Part shown: positions 1 through 8,685 of the stretch, in pieces
Layout of the letters: each line of letters opens with the position of its first letter
How positions within the stretch are numbered: position 1 is the first letter of the stretch
NCBI GenBank assembly: GCA_964583685.1
Contig: CAZOVJ010000002.1
Coordinates: 111,333-175,332 of the forward strand
Length of the DNA: 64,000 bases
Reading direction: 5' to 3'
Source of the DNA: an uncultured Gammaproteobacteria bacterium
GTDB lineage: Bacteria > Patescibacteriota > Microgenomatia > UBA8517
Translations under genes and position numbers: made by a program
The notes under the pieces: generated by a model
What the model was told of the DNA's origin: nothing
Databases searched by the model: none
The model's input: only the letters and a program-made list of their open reading frames with translations

Positions 1-274
1 CTAAAGTGGTTTTACCCGAGGCTTCAGGTCCATAAATTTCTACAATTCTTCCCCTAGGTAAACCTCCAACTCCCAAAGCTAAATCTAGGGCAACTGAGCC
101 GGTCGGAATCACCTCTACTTTAAGTCTTTCATCTCTTTTTTGTCCCAAACGCATAATTGAACCTCGACCATACTGTTTTTCTATCTGCTCCATGGCCAGC
201 TTAACTGCCTGAAGTTTTTGGGAGGCTCCCTCTTGCCTTTCCGGTTTTTTAACTTCTTTTCGCTTCCTCGCCAT
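1..274 (-). CDS. recA: Recombinase RecA, N-terminal part (gene continues beyond window start)
   Basis: Reverse-strand translation from the ATG at 274..272 gives [91 protein letters not shown]. This is the classic RecA N-terminus with the Walker A motif GPESSGKTT. The gene is not in the ORF track because it has no stop inside the window. Confidence 0.85.
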   Translation of the reverse strand, partial: MARKRKEVKKPERQEGASQKLQAVKLAMEQIEKQYGRGSIMRLGQKRDERLKVEVIPTGSVALDLALGVGGLPRGRIVEIYGPEASGKTTL

Positions 275-338
275 TACGTTTCCTTTTAACACGAATTCTT
301 AACCTTTGCAAGACCAAAGGAGTTTTGACTCAAAAAGT

Positions 339-1664
339 TTACATTAATTTAAGAAGAGATTGCCGAGCTTGTTCAACTCCGTATCGAAATCGCTGAAGTT
401 GATCGCCTTTTGCTAAACAAAATTCAATGTCATCATCAAAAGGAAATCTCTCTAAGCCAGGAAAGGGAATATCAGCTAGCCTGACATCCTTTCTGAGTTG
501 GATTATCACTTCAAACCCAAGGTCGAGTGGGTGGAAAAGGTTTGATTGATCATAATGGATATTAGCATACGTTGTTGGCCAGCGAGCAACTACTTCGTAA
601 TTTTTCCCAGGATGAAAACTAATATGACTATTGGGGTTGATCTCAGCTTCTAAATCAAATTCAGTATCATCCTTGAGATCATCATCGCTATCAATACTTC
701 TTTCAATGTCCTCAAAGCAACGATCTAGTTTTTCTGGATCAACTGAGGGTTTATCAAAGTCGCCAGCTCCTGCTTTCGATTCAAATTCAACTGGCTTAAT
801 GTAGACTATTGCCTTCGGGTAAATCCCGTCTCTAATTGGTACCGTCAACTCACTTTCAGTAGCCATGAAACTACATAAGACTACATCAACAGGAGAATCA
901 GTCGTGCGCTCGTGAACCAGTGCCTGGAGAGTAGCGATTTCGCTATTGAGTCTTCTCGGATCTCCATATTGTCCAGAAAATAGAACAGCCTCTACCTCAT
1001 AAAAACTAGGGCCGGCACCACGAACTGCCTCAAGTAATGATTGTCGTTTTGCATCAGTTTCTGGAGTAAATTTTGGGTCGTATAATTTAATCTGGTCCCA
1101 AATATCTGCCTTAAATAGTCGTACCCAATCCGGAATATCTGGAACGACACTCAGGTCATAACGATCCATAATTTTTTCCTCTGTGTCAAAACCAATTACT
1201 ACTATCTCTTTAGTTACCCCAAAAACTTTAGCCACAATGCCTGAACCATGTCCCACTTCTATCATCTGCGGAACGTCGCTATTACCCTTAACAGCTTTGG
1301 CTAACCAAATAATTAGTTGGCGTTCAGGTAACGAAGGCATCCATTGAGTAAGTTCCCGTGTAGAAAACTCAATCATGGCGAAGCCATCTCTGCTAAAAGC
1401 CCTTCCGTAAGTGCCCACTCCTGAAAGACCATGTTGTTTGGCAAAAGCCAGCTTTTCTGCATCAAGTTCTTCACTAGGAATTGAACGATCACTCCAACGG
1501 TTATATTGCTCCCTAGTAATTGGCACTTCTAGAGGTTGCGGGTGATCTCTGCCGTAAATATCGCTTAGGGGTAGTTTCCCAAAGTATGCTAGGGCTTCGC
1601 CAGTTGTATCTAGTCGTTCAGAATAATCTTTGCCTGAGAAGGGCTCATGTTCGGTGATTACCAT
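339..1664 (-). CDS. Hypothetical acidic protein with a central Rossmann/SAM-methyltransferase-like motif
   Basis: 441-aa ORF. The central segment MIEVGHGSGIVAKVFG...EIVVIGFDTEEKIMDRY resembles methyltransferase motif I and post-I. The N- and C-terminal regions are D/E-rich with no recognisable family. Confidence 0.5.
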   Translation of the reverse strand: MVITEHEPFSGKDYSERLDTTGEALAYFGKLPLSDIYGRDHPQPLEVPITREQYNRWSDRSIPSEELDAEKLAFAKQHGLSGVGTYGRAFSRDGFAMIEFSTRELTQWMPSLPERQLIIWLAKAVKGNSDVPQMIEVGHGSGIVAKVFGVTKEIVVIGFDTEEKIMDRYDLSVVPDIPDWVRLFKADIWDQIKLYDPKFTPETDAKRQSLLEAVRGAGPSFYEVEAVLFSGQYGDPRRLNSEIATLQALVHERTTDSPVDVVLCSFMATESELTVPIRDGIYPKAIVYIKPVEFESKAGAGDFDKPSVDPEKLDRCFEDIERSIDSDDDLKDDTEFDLEAEINPNSHISFHPGKNYEVVARWPTTYANIHYDQSNLFHPLDLGFEVIIQLRKDVRLADIPFPGLERFPFDDDIEFCLAKGDQLQRFRYGVEQARQSLLKLM

Positions 1665-1815
1665 ATTAAAGGGACTTAAAATACTTCATAAATCAACCTA
1701 TTTTAGCAAAAATGTCAACAAATGACCGCGCCGGAGCGAGGCGAGCTAACAACTTTGAAATTCGGTTCTAACTTTTTTGTAAATCTCGACCAAAAGAGGA
1801 GTGTCAGCCTCGTGC

Positions 1816-1889
1816 TGGTCGGGGAGCCGAGAATCGAACTCGGGCCGCACGCACCCCATGCGCGCATTCTACCACTAAACTACTCCCCG
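1816..1889 (-). tRNA. tRNA-Pro (anticodon GGG)
   Basis: The reverse complement CGGGGAGTAGTTTAGTGGTAGAATGCGCGCATGGGGTGCGTGCGGCCCGAGTTCGATTCTCGGCTCCCCGACCA folds as a cloverleaf. It has a 7-bp acceptor stem (CGGGGAG/CTCCCCG), anticodon stem CGCGC/GCGTG, loop ATGGGGT with anticodon GGG, a T-arm GTTCGATTC and an encoded CCA. The 70-aa ORF 1722..1934 overlaps this and is spurious. Confidence 0.75.
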
Positions 1890-1907
1890 TCTCCAAAGCA
1901 GAACTTA

Positions 1908-1936
1908 TTGTATTCTAACAAAGTCTGTGTTTAAAT
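1908..1936 (+). promoter_or_regulatory. Putative sigma70-like promoter for gpsA (TTGTAT-17-TGtTTAAAT)
   Basis: TTGTAT at 1908..1913, a 17-nt spacer, then TTAAAT at 1931..1936 preceded by a TG extended -10. It lies 16 nt upstream of the gpsA ATG. Confidence 0.3.
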
Positions 1937-1951
1937 TGAAGCCATAGAACT

Positions 1952-2836
1952 ATGTCTCAAACAGTTACCGTTATCGGGGCCGGAGAAATTGGCAGGGCAA
2001 TGGCCAAAATTCTTCAGAAAAAGAAAGAGTTAAAAATTTATCATTGGAACAGAACCCCACTTCCTAATCAAAAGCCTCTACCTGAAACAATACCTCTGTC
2101 AAATTTTTTATTTCTTTGTATTCCTTCCTGGGCAGTCAAAGAAACCCTTGGTAAGATTAATGCCCATCTTGGACAAAAGACAATTGTCATCTCTCTGGCC
2201 AAGGGAATTGAAAAAGGCTCACTGAAAACTATGAATGAACTCTTAACTGAATTATTGGCCAAAAAACAAAGATTCAGCCTCTTGGCTGGTCCGATGATTG
2301 CTGAGGAACTAGACAAAGGATTGCCAGGTTTTGGAATAATTGCCTCTGATGACGAACTGACTTTCCAGAATATCAATCCTCTTTTTACCAGGACAAACCT
2401 CAACCTCAACTACACAGATGATGTCCGGGGAGTAGCTCTTGGGGGTGTTTTGAAAAATATTTACGCCATCTCCCTAGGTATTGCCAAAGGATTGGATTGG
2501 GGCAAAAATGCTCAAGGCTGGCTAGTGGCCAAGATATTAGATGAAATGCTTATCATTGCCGAAAAATTACAAGCCAAGAAAAAAACAATGCTCGGGCTAG
2601 CCGGCCTCGGTGACCTAATTGCTACCGGATTCAGTCCTCATTCACGGAATCAGGCAATGGGCAGGGAATTGGCCAAGAACGGAAAGCCGTCTCTGCAAGG
2701 CGAGGGTGTCGTTTCCCTCCCGAGCCTACTGCTTCTTCTTAAAGGAAAAACCGATAAACTGCCAATCCTCGAAGCACTAAACAAAATAATAATTGAGAAT
2801 AAAAAGGCAAAAGAAATCTTCAGTAATTTAATCTAA
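1952..2836 (+). CDS. gpsA: NAD(P)H-dependent glycerol-3-phosphate dehydrogenase
   Basis: N-terminal VIGAGEIGRAMA dinucleotide-binding motif. LAGPMIAEEL, GGVLKNIYAISLGIAKGL and LAGLGDLIATGFSPHSRNQAMG match GpsA family signatures. Confidence 0.75.
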   Translation: MSQTVTVIGAGEIGRAMAKILQKKKELKIYHWNRTPLPNQKPLPETIPLSNFLFLCIPSWAVKETLGKINAHLGQKTIVISLAKGIEKGSLKTMNELLTELLAKKQRFSLLAGPMIAEELDKGLPGFGIIASDDELTFQNINPLFTRTNLNLNYTDDVRGVALGGVLKNIYAISLGIAKGLDWGKNAQGWLVAKILDEMLIIAEKLQAKKKTMLGLAGLGDLIATGFSPHSRNQAMGRELAKNGKPSLQGEGVVSLPSLLLLLKGKTDKLPILEALNKIIIENKKAKEIFSNLI

Positions 2837-2922
2837 CAAAAATGCAAAAGATCCTTCGAAAAGCAAAAAGTCTAGCCTTAAAAGAAATCAAGAAACTGAC
2901 TTCGCAAGCGAAGGAAAAATGA

Positions 2923-3366
2923 ATGGTAAACCCAAAAAAACTCCCATTTAAAGAATTCAAATATATTTACAAAAAAGTTCCCAGACTTTGTGTTGATTTG
3001 ATTATTAAAACACAAAAAGGAATCGTCCTTGTCAAAAGAGACATCCCTCCTGATAAGGGTAAATGGCATTTCCCAGGAGGAACCATTCTGTTGGGAGAAA
3101 AATTATCTGAGGCAATAAAAAGGGTTGCCAAAGAGGAAACAGGATTAGGGGTTAAGATAAGAAGAATAATTGATGTAATGGAATTTTCAAGAGAGGGCAT
3201 TCATGGCCACGCTCATGTTATCAGCATTGCCTTTCTAGTCGAACCAAAATCTGGAAAGTTACGGGGAAGCATCCAGGGTAGGAAAATCAAATTTTTCAAG
3301 TCAATTCCAGAAAATATCATTGTTGAACAAGAAAAATTTTTAATCAAGAACTACCTACTTAAATAA
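2923..3366 (+). CDS. NUDIX hydrolase
   Basis: Nudix box GGTILLGEKLSEAIKRVAKEETGL, matching GX5EX7REUXEEXGU. Confidence 0.8.
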   Translation: MVNPKKLPFKEFKYIYKKVPRLCVDLIIKTQKGIVLVKRDIPPDKGKWHFPGGTILLGEKLSEAIKRVAKEETGLGVKIRRIIDVMEFSREGIHGHAHVISIAFLVEPKSGKLRGSIQGRKIKFFKSIPENIIVEQEKFLIKNYLLK

Positions 3367-3367
3367 A

Positions 3368-3778
3368 TTATCTTTTGGGTGATTGTTTTTTACGGCGGGC
3401 TTTGCCACCGGTACCAACCTTGCGCCGCTCACGGACTCGAGCATCGCGAGTTAAAAGTCCGGCCCTTTTAAGAGGCGGTCTAAATTTATCAGGTTTTGTC
3501 AGGGCCAAGGCCCGGGCAATTCCATGAATTACCGCTTCAAGTTGTCCATTTTTACCACCGCCAACAACCTTGACGGTTACATAATATTTACCCAGGGTAT
3601 CGGTCAACTCAAAAGGGTTCGAGTAGAAAGTCTTCATTACCTCGCCCGGAAAGTATTCAGCAAAAGGGACTTTATTAACCACATTCTTCCCTTTACCTTT
3701 AAAAAGACGAATACGGGCAGAGGCGCTTTTTCTTCTACCTACTGCATAAATCCAATTTTTTTTCTTAGGTTTAGCCAT
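3368..3778 (-). CDS. rpsI: 30S ribosomal protein S9
   Basis: The C-terminal motif ...LLTRDARVRERRKVGTGGKARRKKQSPKR and the GGGKNGQ motif are typical of S9. Confidence 0.9.
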   Translation of the reverse strand: MAKPKKKNWIYAVGRRKSASARIRLFKGKGKNVVNKVPFAEYFPGEVMKTFYSNPFELTDTLGKYYVTVKVVGGGKNGQLEAVIHGIARALALTKPDKFRPPLKRAGLLTRDARVRERRKVGTGGKARRKKQSPKR

Positions 3779-4190
3779 TTTTGAATTTATTTCTATATGG
3801 ATGTTCTTCTCCGCTGAATATCCTTAACCTCGTCATTCTTGGCCTTCTAAGCCGATTGTCAGCCAGCATTCTCTTAACCGCTAGCTCAATAATTCTCTTT
3901 GGATGTTCCTTTTTTAATTTGAGATAAGAGATTTTTTTAAATCCCCCAGGATAGCCCGAGTGTCGGTAATATACTTTCTGTTTCTCTTTACGTCCGCTGA
4001 CTTTTACTTTTCCTGCATTGATGACCACTACATAGTCACCCATATCTAAATGGGGAGCATAGGAAACTTTATTTTTACCGGTTAGGAGAGGAACAATCTC
4101 GCTGGCTAAACGCCCCAAGATTCTATCCCGGGCATCAATTAAGTGCCATTCTCTCTGAATTTCTTTAGCTTTTGGTTGGAAGGTTTTCAT
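3771..4190 (-). CDS. rplM: 50S ribosomal protein L13
   Basis: MKTFQPKAKEIQREWHLIDA... matches the L13 N-terminus, and the gene sits in the conserved L13-S9 pair. Confidence 0.9.
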   Translation of the reverse strand: MKTFQPKAKEIQREWHLIDARDRILGRLASEIVPLLTGKNKVSYAPHLDMGDYVVVINAGKVKVSGRKEKQKVYYRHSGYPGGFKKISYLKLKKEHPKRIIELAVKRMLADNRLRRPRMTRLRIFSGEEHPYRNKFKNG

Positions 4191-4195
4191 TCTTT

Positions 4196-4630
4196 TTAGG
4201 TTTTTTTAGTTTTAATTTTTTTTGTCTTTTTCTTAACGCTGCGCACTTTTCCCTTGGCACTCCCGGGCTTTTCCACCCATTCAAATCTAACTATTTGAGC
4301 CAAATCCCCCCTTCTTCGGGGAAGATTGATAATTCTTGTAAAACCTGATTTCCTCTTTTTAGTAAGAGAGAGAAGCTCAGTAAAAAGCTTTCTGGTCGTT
4401 TCTTTGTCATTACCCAATTTCGCCAAAACCGCACGCCTAGCATTGAGAGTATTTTTTCTAACAAGAGTCATTATCTTGTCTATCTCTGACTGAACAAATT
4501 TTGCCTTTGCTTTTGTTGTCTTTATCTCGCCATAGAGAACCAAGGCCCTGGTTAAAGATCTAAATAGGGCGACCCTAGAACCTCTAGCTCGTGACAACTG
4601 ACGGCCAAAAATCTTCTTACGCATCCTCAA
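4196..4630 (-). CDS. rplQ: 50S ribosomal protein L17
   Basis: L17-like N-terminus (MRKKIFGRQLSRARGSRVALFRSLTRALVLYGEIKTT) in the position after rpoA. Confidence 0.9.
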   Translation of the reverse strand: MRMRKKIFGRQLSRARGSRVALFRSLTRALVLYGEIKTTKAKAKFVQSEIDKIMTLVRKNTLNARRAVLAKLGNDKETTRKLFTELLSLTKKRKSGFTRIINLPRRRGDLAQIVRFEWVEKPGSAKGKVRSVKKKTKKIKTKKT

Positions 4631-5573
4631 ATTTCACTCCTTTTTCCAAAAGAGCAATTTCGATAATTTTCAAAGATTTTTCTCCTAAATTCCTAACACC
4701 CATCAATTCTTCCTTTTTCGCTTTCACTAGTTTTCTCACCGTTTCATAACCTGCCTTTGTTAAAGCATTGGCTACTCTGGTTGGAAGTCCAACCTCTTCA
4801 ACAGAAAGCTGACCAACAGACCCTAAAGTATCTTTCGGCTTGAGGCTTTTTTTCTTCTTTAATTTCTTGGGAGATATTATCTGATTCAAAAAGGAAACTA
4901 AAATCTTTGCCGACTCTAATAAAGACTCTTTTGGTGTAATAGTTCCGTCCGTCCAGATCTGTAAAGTTAGCTTATCGTAATTAGTTAATCTACCAACACG
5001 TGTCTCCTCAACTTTATAATTAACTCTCAAAACCGGAGAGAATGTTGAGTCTAATGGAATAACTCCAACCTTCCGGCTCACTCTTTCTTCTGCTGGAGAG
5101 TAGCCAACTCCAGATTCCACCTGCATTTGTACTTCTAGTTTAGCACCCTTTCCCAGATTGGCTAAAACAAGCTCGGGATTGGCTATCTTTACATCAGCTG
5201 GTGTCTTAATATCGCCAGCCTTTACCTCCCCAGCACCTTGAACTGAAAGAGAAACATTAACCGGTTTTTTACCATGATAAGCTATTCTTACCTTCTTAAG
5301 GTTTAATAAAAATTCAACAACGTCCTCTTTCATTCCCTTAAGGGTTGAGAATTGGTGACGGACTCCTGCAATTTTTGCCCGGGTTATGGCTGCTCCGGGA
5401 AGACTGGATAATAAAACCCTCCTCAGGCCATTACCTAAAGTCAAACCATAACCTGCCACTAATGGAGAAATGATAAAACTTGCATAGTTTTGTTTTTTAC
5501 TTTCTTGTTTTATCTTAAAAAGCGGATTGTCCATCTCATTCACCTCCAATCGTTTATCTTGAATAAAACTCAA
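4617..5573 (-). CDS. rpoA: DNA-directed RNA polymerase subunit alpha
   Basis: N-terminal-domain dimerisation motifs (ISPLVAGYGLTLGNGLRRVLLSSLPGAAI), and the C-terminal domain ends ...GEKSLKIIEIALLEKGVKF. Gene order is S13-S11-S4-rpoA-L17. Confidence 0.9.
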   Translation of the reverse strand: MSFIQDKRLEVNEMDNPLFKIKQESKKQNYASFIISPLVAGYGLTLGNGLRRVLLSSLPGAAITRAKIAGVRHQFSTLKGMKEDVVEFLLNLKKVRIAYHGKKPVNVSLSVQGAGEVKAGDIKTPADVKIANPELVLANLGKGAKLEVQMQVESGVGYSPAEERVSRKVGVIPLDSTFSPVLRVNYKVEETRVGRLTNYDKLTLQIWTDGTITPKESLLESAKILVSFLNQIISPKKLKKKKSLKPKDTLGSVGQLSVEEVGLPTRVANALTKAGYETVRKLVKAKKEELMGVRNLGEKSLKIIEIALLEKGVKFEDA

Positions 5574-6153
5574 TTATATCCTGTTCAGAAACTGGCTCTT
5601 GAACATCTTCTCTTATGGGCAACCTGACAACTCTACCAGCTGCTGCCTTCCGTTCCAGCCAGTCAGGTACAGGAGAATCTTTCTCCTTCAAAAGTTTTTT
5701 TATTGTAGGCACTTCCATTACCTTGGCTGACAACATTATTGTTTCCCCGGGTCTAACTTGATAAGAAGGAATATTAACCTTTTTCCCGTCAACCAAAATA
5801 TGTCTGTGAACAACCATCTGTCTTGCTTGCGGCCTTGTCTGGGCAAAGCCAAGTCTAAAAACAACATTGTCAAGCCTTGTCTCTAAAAGAGAAAAAAGAG
5901 TATCTGCCGTATTTTTTTTTGATTTTAAGGCAGTATCTACGTATTTTCTAAACTGCTTTTCCAAAATTCCATAAAGTCTTTTTACCTTCTGTTTTTCTCT
6001 CAATTGACGTCCATATTCAGAGGGCCTTCTTTGCCGCTTAGAACCATGAACCCCGGGAAGGATGTTCAAGCGGGTCAATTTAATACCTTTATTAAAAAGG
6101 TCAAAACCTTCTCTCCTGGAAAGTTTGTCTTTTGGTCCTCTATATCGTGCCAC
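5554..6153 (-). CDS. rpsD: 30S ribosomal protein S4
   Basis: MARYRGPKDKLSRREG N-terminus and an S4 RNA-binding domain. Confidence 0.9.
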   Translation of the reverse strand: MARYRGPKDKLSRREGFDLFNKGIKLTRLNILPGVHGSKRQRRPSEYGRQLREKQKVKRLYGILEKQFRKYVDTALKSKKNTADTLFSLLETRLDNVVFRLGFAQTRPQARQMVVHRHILVDGKKVNIPSYQVRPGETIMLSAKVMEVPTIKKLLKEKDSPVPDWLERKAAAGRVVRLPIREDVQEPVSEQDIIEFYSR

Positions 6154-6164
6154 GTTCCTCTCTT

Positions 6165-6530
6165 CTAAACCCTCCTTTTCTTTTTGGGCCGTGGTCCGTC
6201 ATAGGGAATTGGGGTTACATCGGCAATTAGCGAAATTTTAACTCCCGCTCCCCTAATTGCTCTCAAGGCAGCATCTCTGCCAGGACCCGGACCTTTTATA
6301 TAAACTTCAATTTCCCTCAATCCCATTTCTTCTTTTGCTCTTTTTATTACCTGATTAACAGCTGTAGTGGCTGCATAAGGAGTTGACTTCCTAGTTCCCT
6401 TAAATCCGGCAGAACCTGCTGACCCCCAAATTATCGCTCTACTTTCTTCATCGGTTACGGTAATCAGAGTATTATTAAAACTAGCCGAAATATAAACCCT
6501 GCCAAACTCAATCTTTTTTTTTGTGGTCAT
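6165..6530 (-). CDS. rpsK: 30S ribosomal protein S11
   Basis: The GSAGSAGFKGTRKSTPYAAT motif and the C-terminal IADVTPIPYDGPRPKKKRRV. Confidence 0.9.
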   Translation of the reverse strand: MTTKKKIEFGRVYISASFNNTLITVTDEESRAIIWGSAGSAGFKGTRKSTPYAATTAVNQVIKRAKEEMGLREIEVYIKGPGPGRDAALRAIRGAGVKISLIADVTPIPYDGPRPKKKRRV

Positions 6531-6949
6531 TTTTCTTTATCTCCTTCTTTCTTACCCGAAGTCTTCTTTGTTCTGGTCAATGCTTCTTTTTTAAATGCTC
6601 CAACTGTTTTTCTTTTCCCCCTCTTTGTTCTCGCATTTGTCTTTGTTCTTTGTCCCCGAACTGGAAGCCCTCGAGCATGCCTCATTCCTCGGTAAGAATT
6701 AATCACCTGCAATCTCTGAATATTTACCCGAACCCTTCTAGCCAACTCTCCCCCTGTTGGATGTTCTTCCAGTTTAGCTAAAATTTGCGATATTTCATCT
6801 GTAGAAAGATCGGTCACCCTCTTAGCCACATCTATTTTTAAAGAATCTAAAATCGATTTAGACAAGGACCAGCCCACTCCTTTTATCTGAGTTAAGGCAT
6901 AATCTATCTTCCAATTATCTTTTAGGTCGATTCCTGCAATTCTTGCCAT
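6527..6949 (-). CDS. rpsM: 30S ribosomal protein S13
   Basis: MARIAGIDLKDNWKIDYALTQIKGVG N-terminus. Confidence 0.9.
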   Translation of the reverse strand: MARIAGIDLKDNWKIDYALTQIKGVGWSLSKSILDSLKIDVAKRVTDLSTDEISQILAKLEEHPTGGELARRVRVNIQRLQVINSYRGMRHARGLPVRGQRTKTNARTKRGKRKTVGAFKKEALTRTKKTSGKKEGDKEK

Positions 6950-6954
6950 CTATA

Positions 6955-7068
6955 TCATCCTTGTCTTTGCTTGTGCTTGGGATTTTTACAAATAACATAT
7001 ATTCTTTTCCCTCTTCTCACTATTCTACAATTTGGACAAATTTTTTTAACCGATGACCTGACTTTCAT
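6955..7068 (-). CDS. rpmJ: 50S ribosomal protein L36 (37 aa, zinc ribbon); missed by the ORF track
   Basis: Reverse-strand ATG at 7068..7066 gives [37 protein letters not shown]. This is the canonical L36 with a C-x2-C...C-x4-H motif, in the expected position between infA and rpsM. Confidence 0.85.
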   Translation of the reverse strand: MKVRSSVKKICPNCRIVRRGKRIYVICKNPKHKQRQG

Positions 7069-7069
7069 A

Positions 7070-7288
7070 TTAATATTTATAAATTACCCTTCCTCTTTCC
7101 TGATCATAGGGTGTCATTTCAATTTTCACCCGGTCTCCCGGCAGAATTCTTATATAATTTCTTCTTATTTTACCAGTCAAGGTCACCAGTATGGTCCGGC
7201 CGTCTGACAACTCTACTTTAAACATAGTATTTGGCAAGGCCTGTAAAACTTTGCCATCAAGAATTATATTTTTTCCTTTCTTAACCAT
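7070..7288 (-). CDS. infA: Translation initiation factor IF-1
   Basis: 72 aa with an S1-like fold ([51 protein letters not shown]). Confidence 0.9.
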   Translation of the reverse strand: MVKKGKNIILDGKVLQALPNTMFKVELSDGRTILVTLTGKIRRNYIRILPGDRVKIEMTPYDQERGRVIYKY

Positions 7289-7289
7289 A

Positions 7290-8057
7290 TCAATCTTGCC
7301 TTGAAGCAGTCAAAATAGTGGGACCATGACTAGTCAATGCTACTGTTTCTTCAAAAAGCGCGCACATTTTACCATCTTTTGTACGTACTGTCCAGCCATC
7401 ATCATCAATCCGAACATCCTCAGTTCCCTGGCTATACATCACTTCAATGGCAAAAACATAGCCTTCTCTTAGTTCTATTAATTCGGCTTTTGAACCCGAT
7501 AGAAAACAGGGGATAGGAGGATATTGATGAAGTTCACGACCAACTCCATGGCCAACCAGAGATTTAATTGGCCTATAATCTGCTTCCCTTAAGGTATTCT
7601 CTATGGCAGCTGAGATATCCATGAGCCTATTGCCAATCTGCATTGCCTTTATGGCCCGGCTTAAGGCCTTTTTCCCAACCAGTAAAAATCTACTTTTTTG
7701 CTCGTCTTTGCCAATTAAAACGCTCGTTGAGGTATCGGAGTGAAACCCGCGATAGAACAGTCCCACGTCAATACTGACTAAATCGCCCTCTTGGAAAACA
7801 ATCTCCTTTTTAGGAACTCCATGAACAAGGCCATCATTGACATTAATACAGGTTGACCAAGAATAGCCTGGAACCATCTGAAAAGAAGGCTTGGCTCCGG
7901 TTTTCTTAATTAATTTTGTAGCCAAGTCTTCTATCTCAAAAGCATTAACTCCCTCTTTAACTCTCTCGATCAATTTACTCTTGATCCGGGCCAGTTTCCT
8001 GCCTCCTTCAAACATTATCTCTATATCCTGACTGCTTTTAATTTTTACTCTTTGCAC
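7290..8057 (-). CDS. map: Methionine aminopeptidase, type I
   Basis: Pita-bread fold motifs ([22 protein letters not shown]..., [17 protein letters not shown]). Confidence 0.85.
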   Translation of the reverse strand: MQRVKIKSSQDIEIMFEGGRKLARIKSKLIERVKEGVNAFEIEDLATKLIKKTGAKPSFQMVPGYSWSTCINVNDGLVHGVPKKEIVFQEGDLVSIDVGLFYRGFHSDTSTSVLIGKDEQKSRFLLVGKKALSRAIKAMQIGNRLMDISAAIENTLREADYRPIKSLVGHGVGRELHQYPPIPCFLSGSKAELIELREGYVFAIEVMYSQGTEDVRIDDDGWTVRTKDGKMCALFEETVALTSHGPTILTASRQD

Positions 8058-8685
8058 GGCTCACTTTCTCAAGAAGAGCAACCAAATCTGTCTGTATTAC
8101 CTCAATTGGCCGCTCTCCATCAATTTCTTCTAAAATAGTTTCTCTCTTTAATAAATCAAATAAAGGCTCTGTCGTTTTTCTGTAAAGCCCAAGCCTTTTT
8201 CTAATAGTTTCCTCTTGGTCATCTTCTCTTTGAACCAAATCCTTTTTCTTGACTGTCGAACCAGGAGGATTGGTAATCAAATTGTAAATTTTACCTGTTT
8301 TCATATTTACCCTCCTTGCAGTTAAGCGTCTTATTGACTCTTTCTCACTTATCTTAAGGAGAATTGCCAAGTCGATTCCCACACCTTTCTTTTTCAACCA
8401 GGACTTTAATAAATTGAACTGTCCAGTTGACCTTGGAAAACCTTCAAAAATAACCTTGTCTTTTATACCCTTATTCTCGAAAAAATCCCTAACTAAGGAA
8501 AAAATTTCCTCGTCTGGCAGTAGCTCGCCTTTTTTATTTATTTTCTCATCAATATCTGGTCGTTTCTTGGCCAACTTCCGTAGGAACCTACCTGATTCAA
8601 AATAGAACAGACCAAACCTTTTAGCTAGTTTTGCCGCCTGTGTTCCCTTTCCCGAACCCTGGGGTCCTAAAATTAGGATAATCAT
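8038..8685 (-). CDS. adk: Adenylate kinase
   Basis: P-loop ILGPQGSGKGTQAAKLAKRFG, in the position after secY. Confidence 0.9.
   Translation of the reverse strand: MIILILGPQGSGKGTQAAKLAKRFGLFYFESGRFLRKLAKKRPDIDEKINKKGELLPDEEIFSLVRDFFENKGIKDKVIFEGFPRSTGQFNLLKSWLKKKGVGIDLAILLKISEKESIRRLTARRVNMKTGKIYNLITNPPGSTVKKKDLVQREDDQEETIRKRLGLYRKTTEPLFDLLKRETILEEIDGERPIEVIQTDLVALLEKVSRAKSKN

Noticed and set aside
303-338. Perfect 6-bp inverted repeat CCTTTG-caagac-CAAAGG, followed by GAATTCGTGTT, between the 441-aa gene and recA
   Set aside because: It could be a weak terminator or an SOS-box-like operator upstream of recA (GAAT-N4-GTTA against Cheo-box GAAC-N4-GTTC), but the match is imperfect, no lexA is in the window, and the U-tract is poor.
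1722-1934. 70-aa plus-strand ORF
   Set aside because: It overlaps the minus-strand tRNA-Pro(GGG) at 1816..1889 and has no coding signature. It is an artefact of GC-rich tRNA sequence.
2845-2925. 26-aa basic mini-ORF (MQKILRKAKSLALKEIKKLTSQAKEK) whose TGA abuts the NUDIX ATG
   Set aside because: It is too short with no SD-like signal evident and could be chance. It is listed only as a possible upstream leader peptide.
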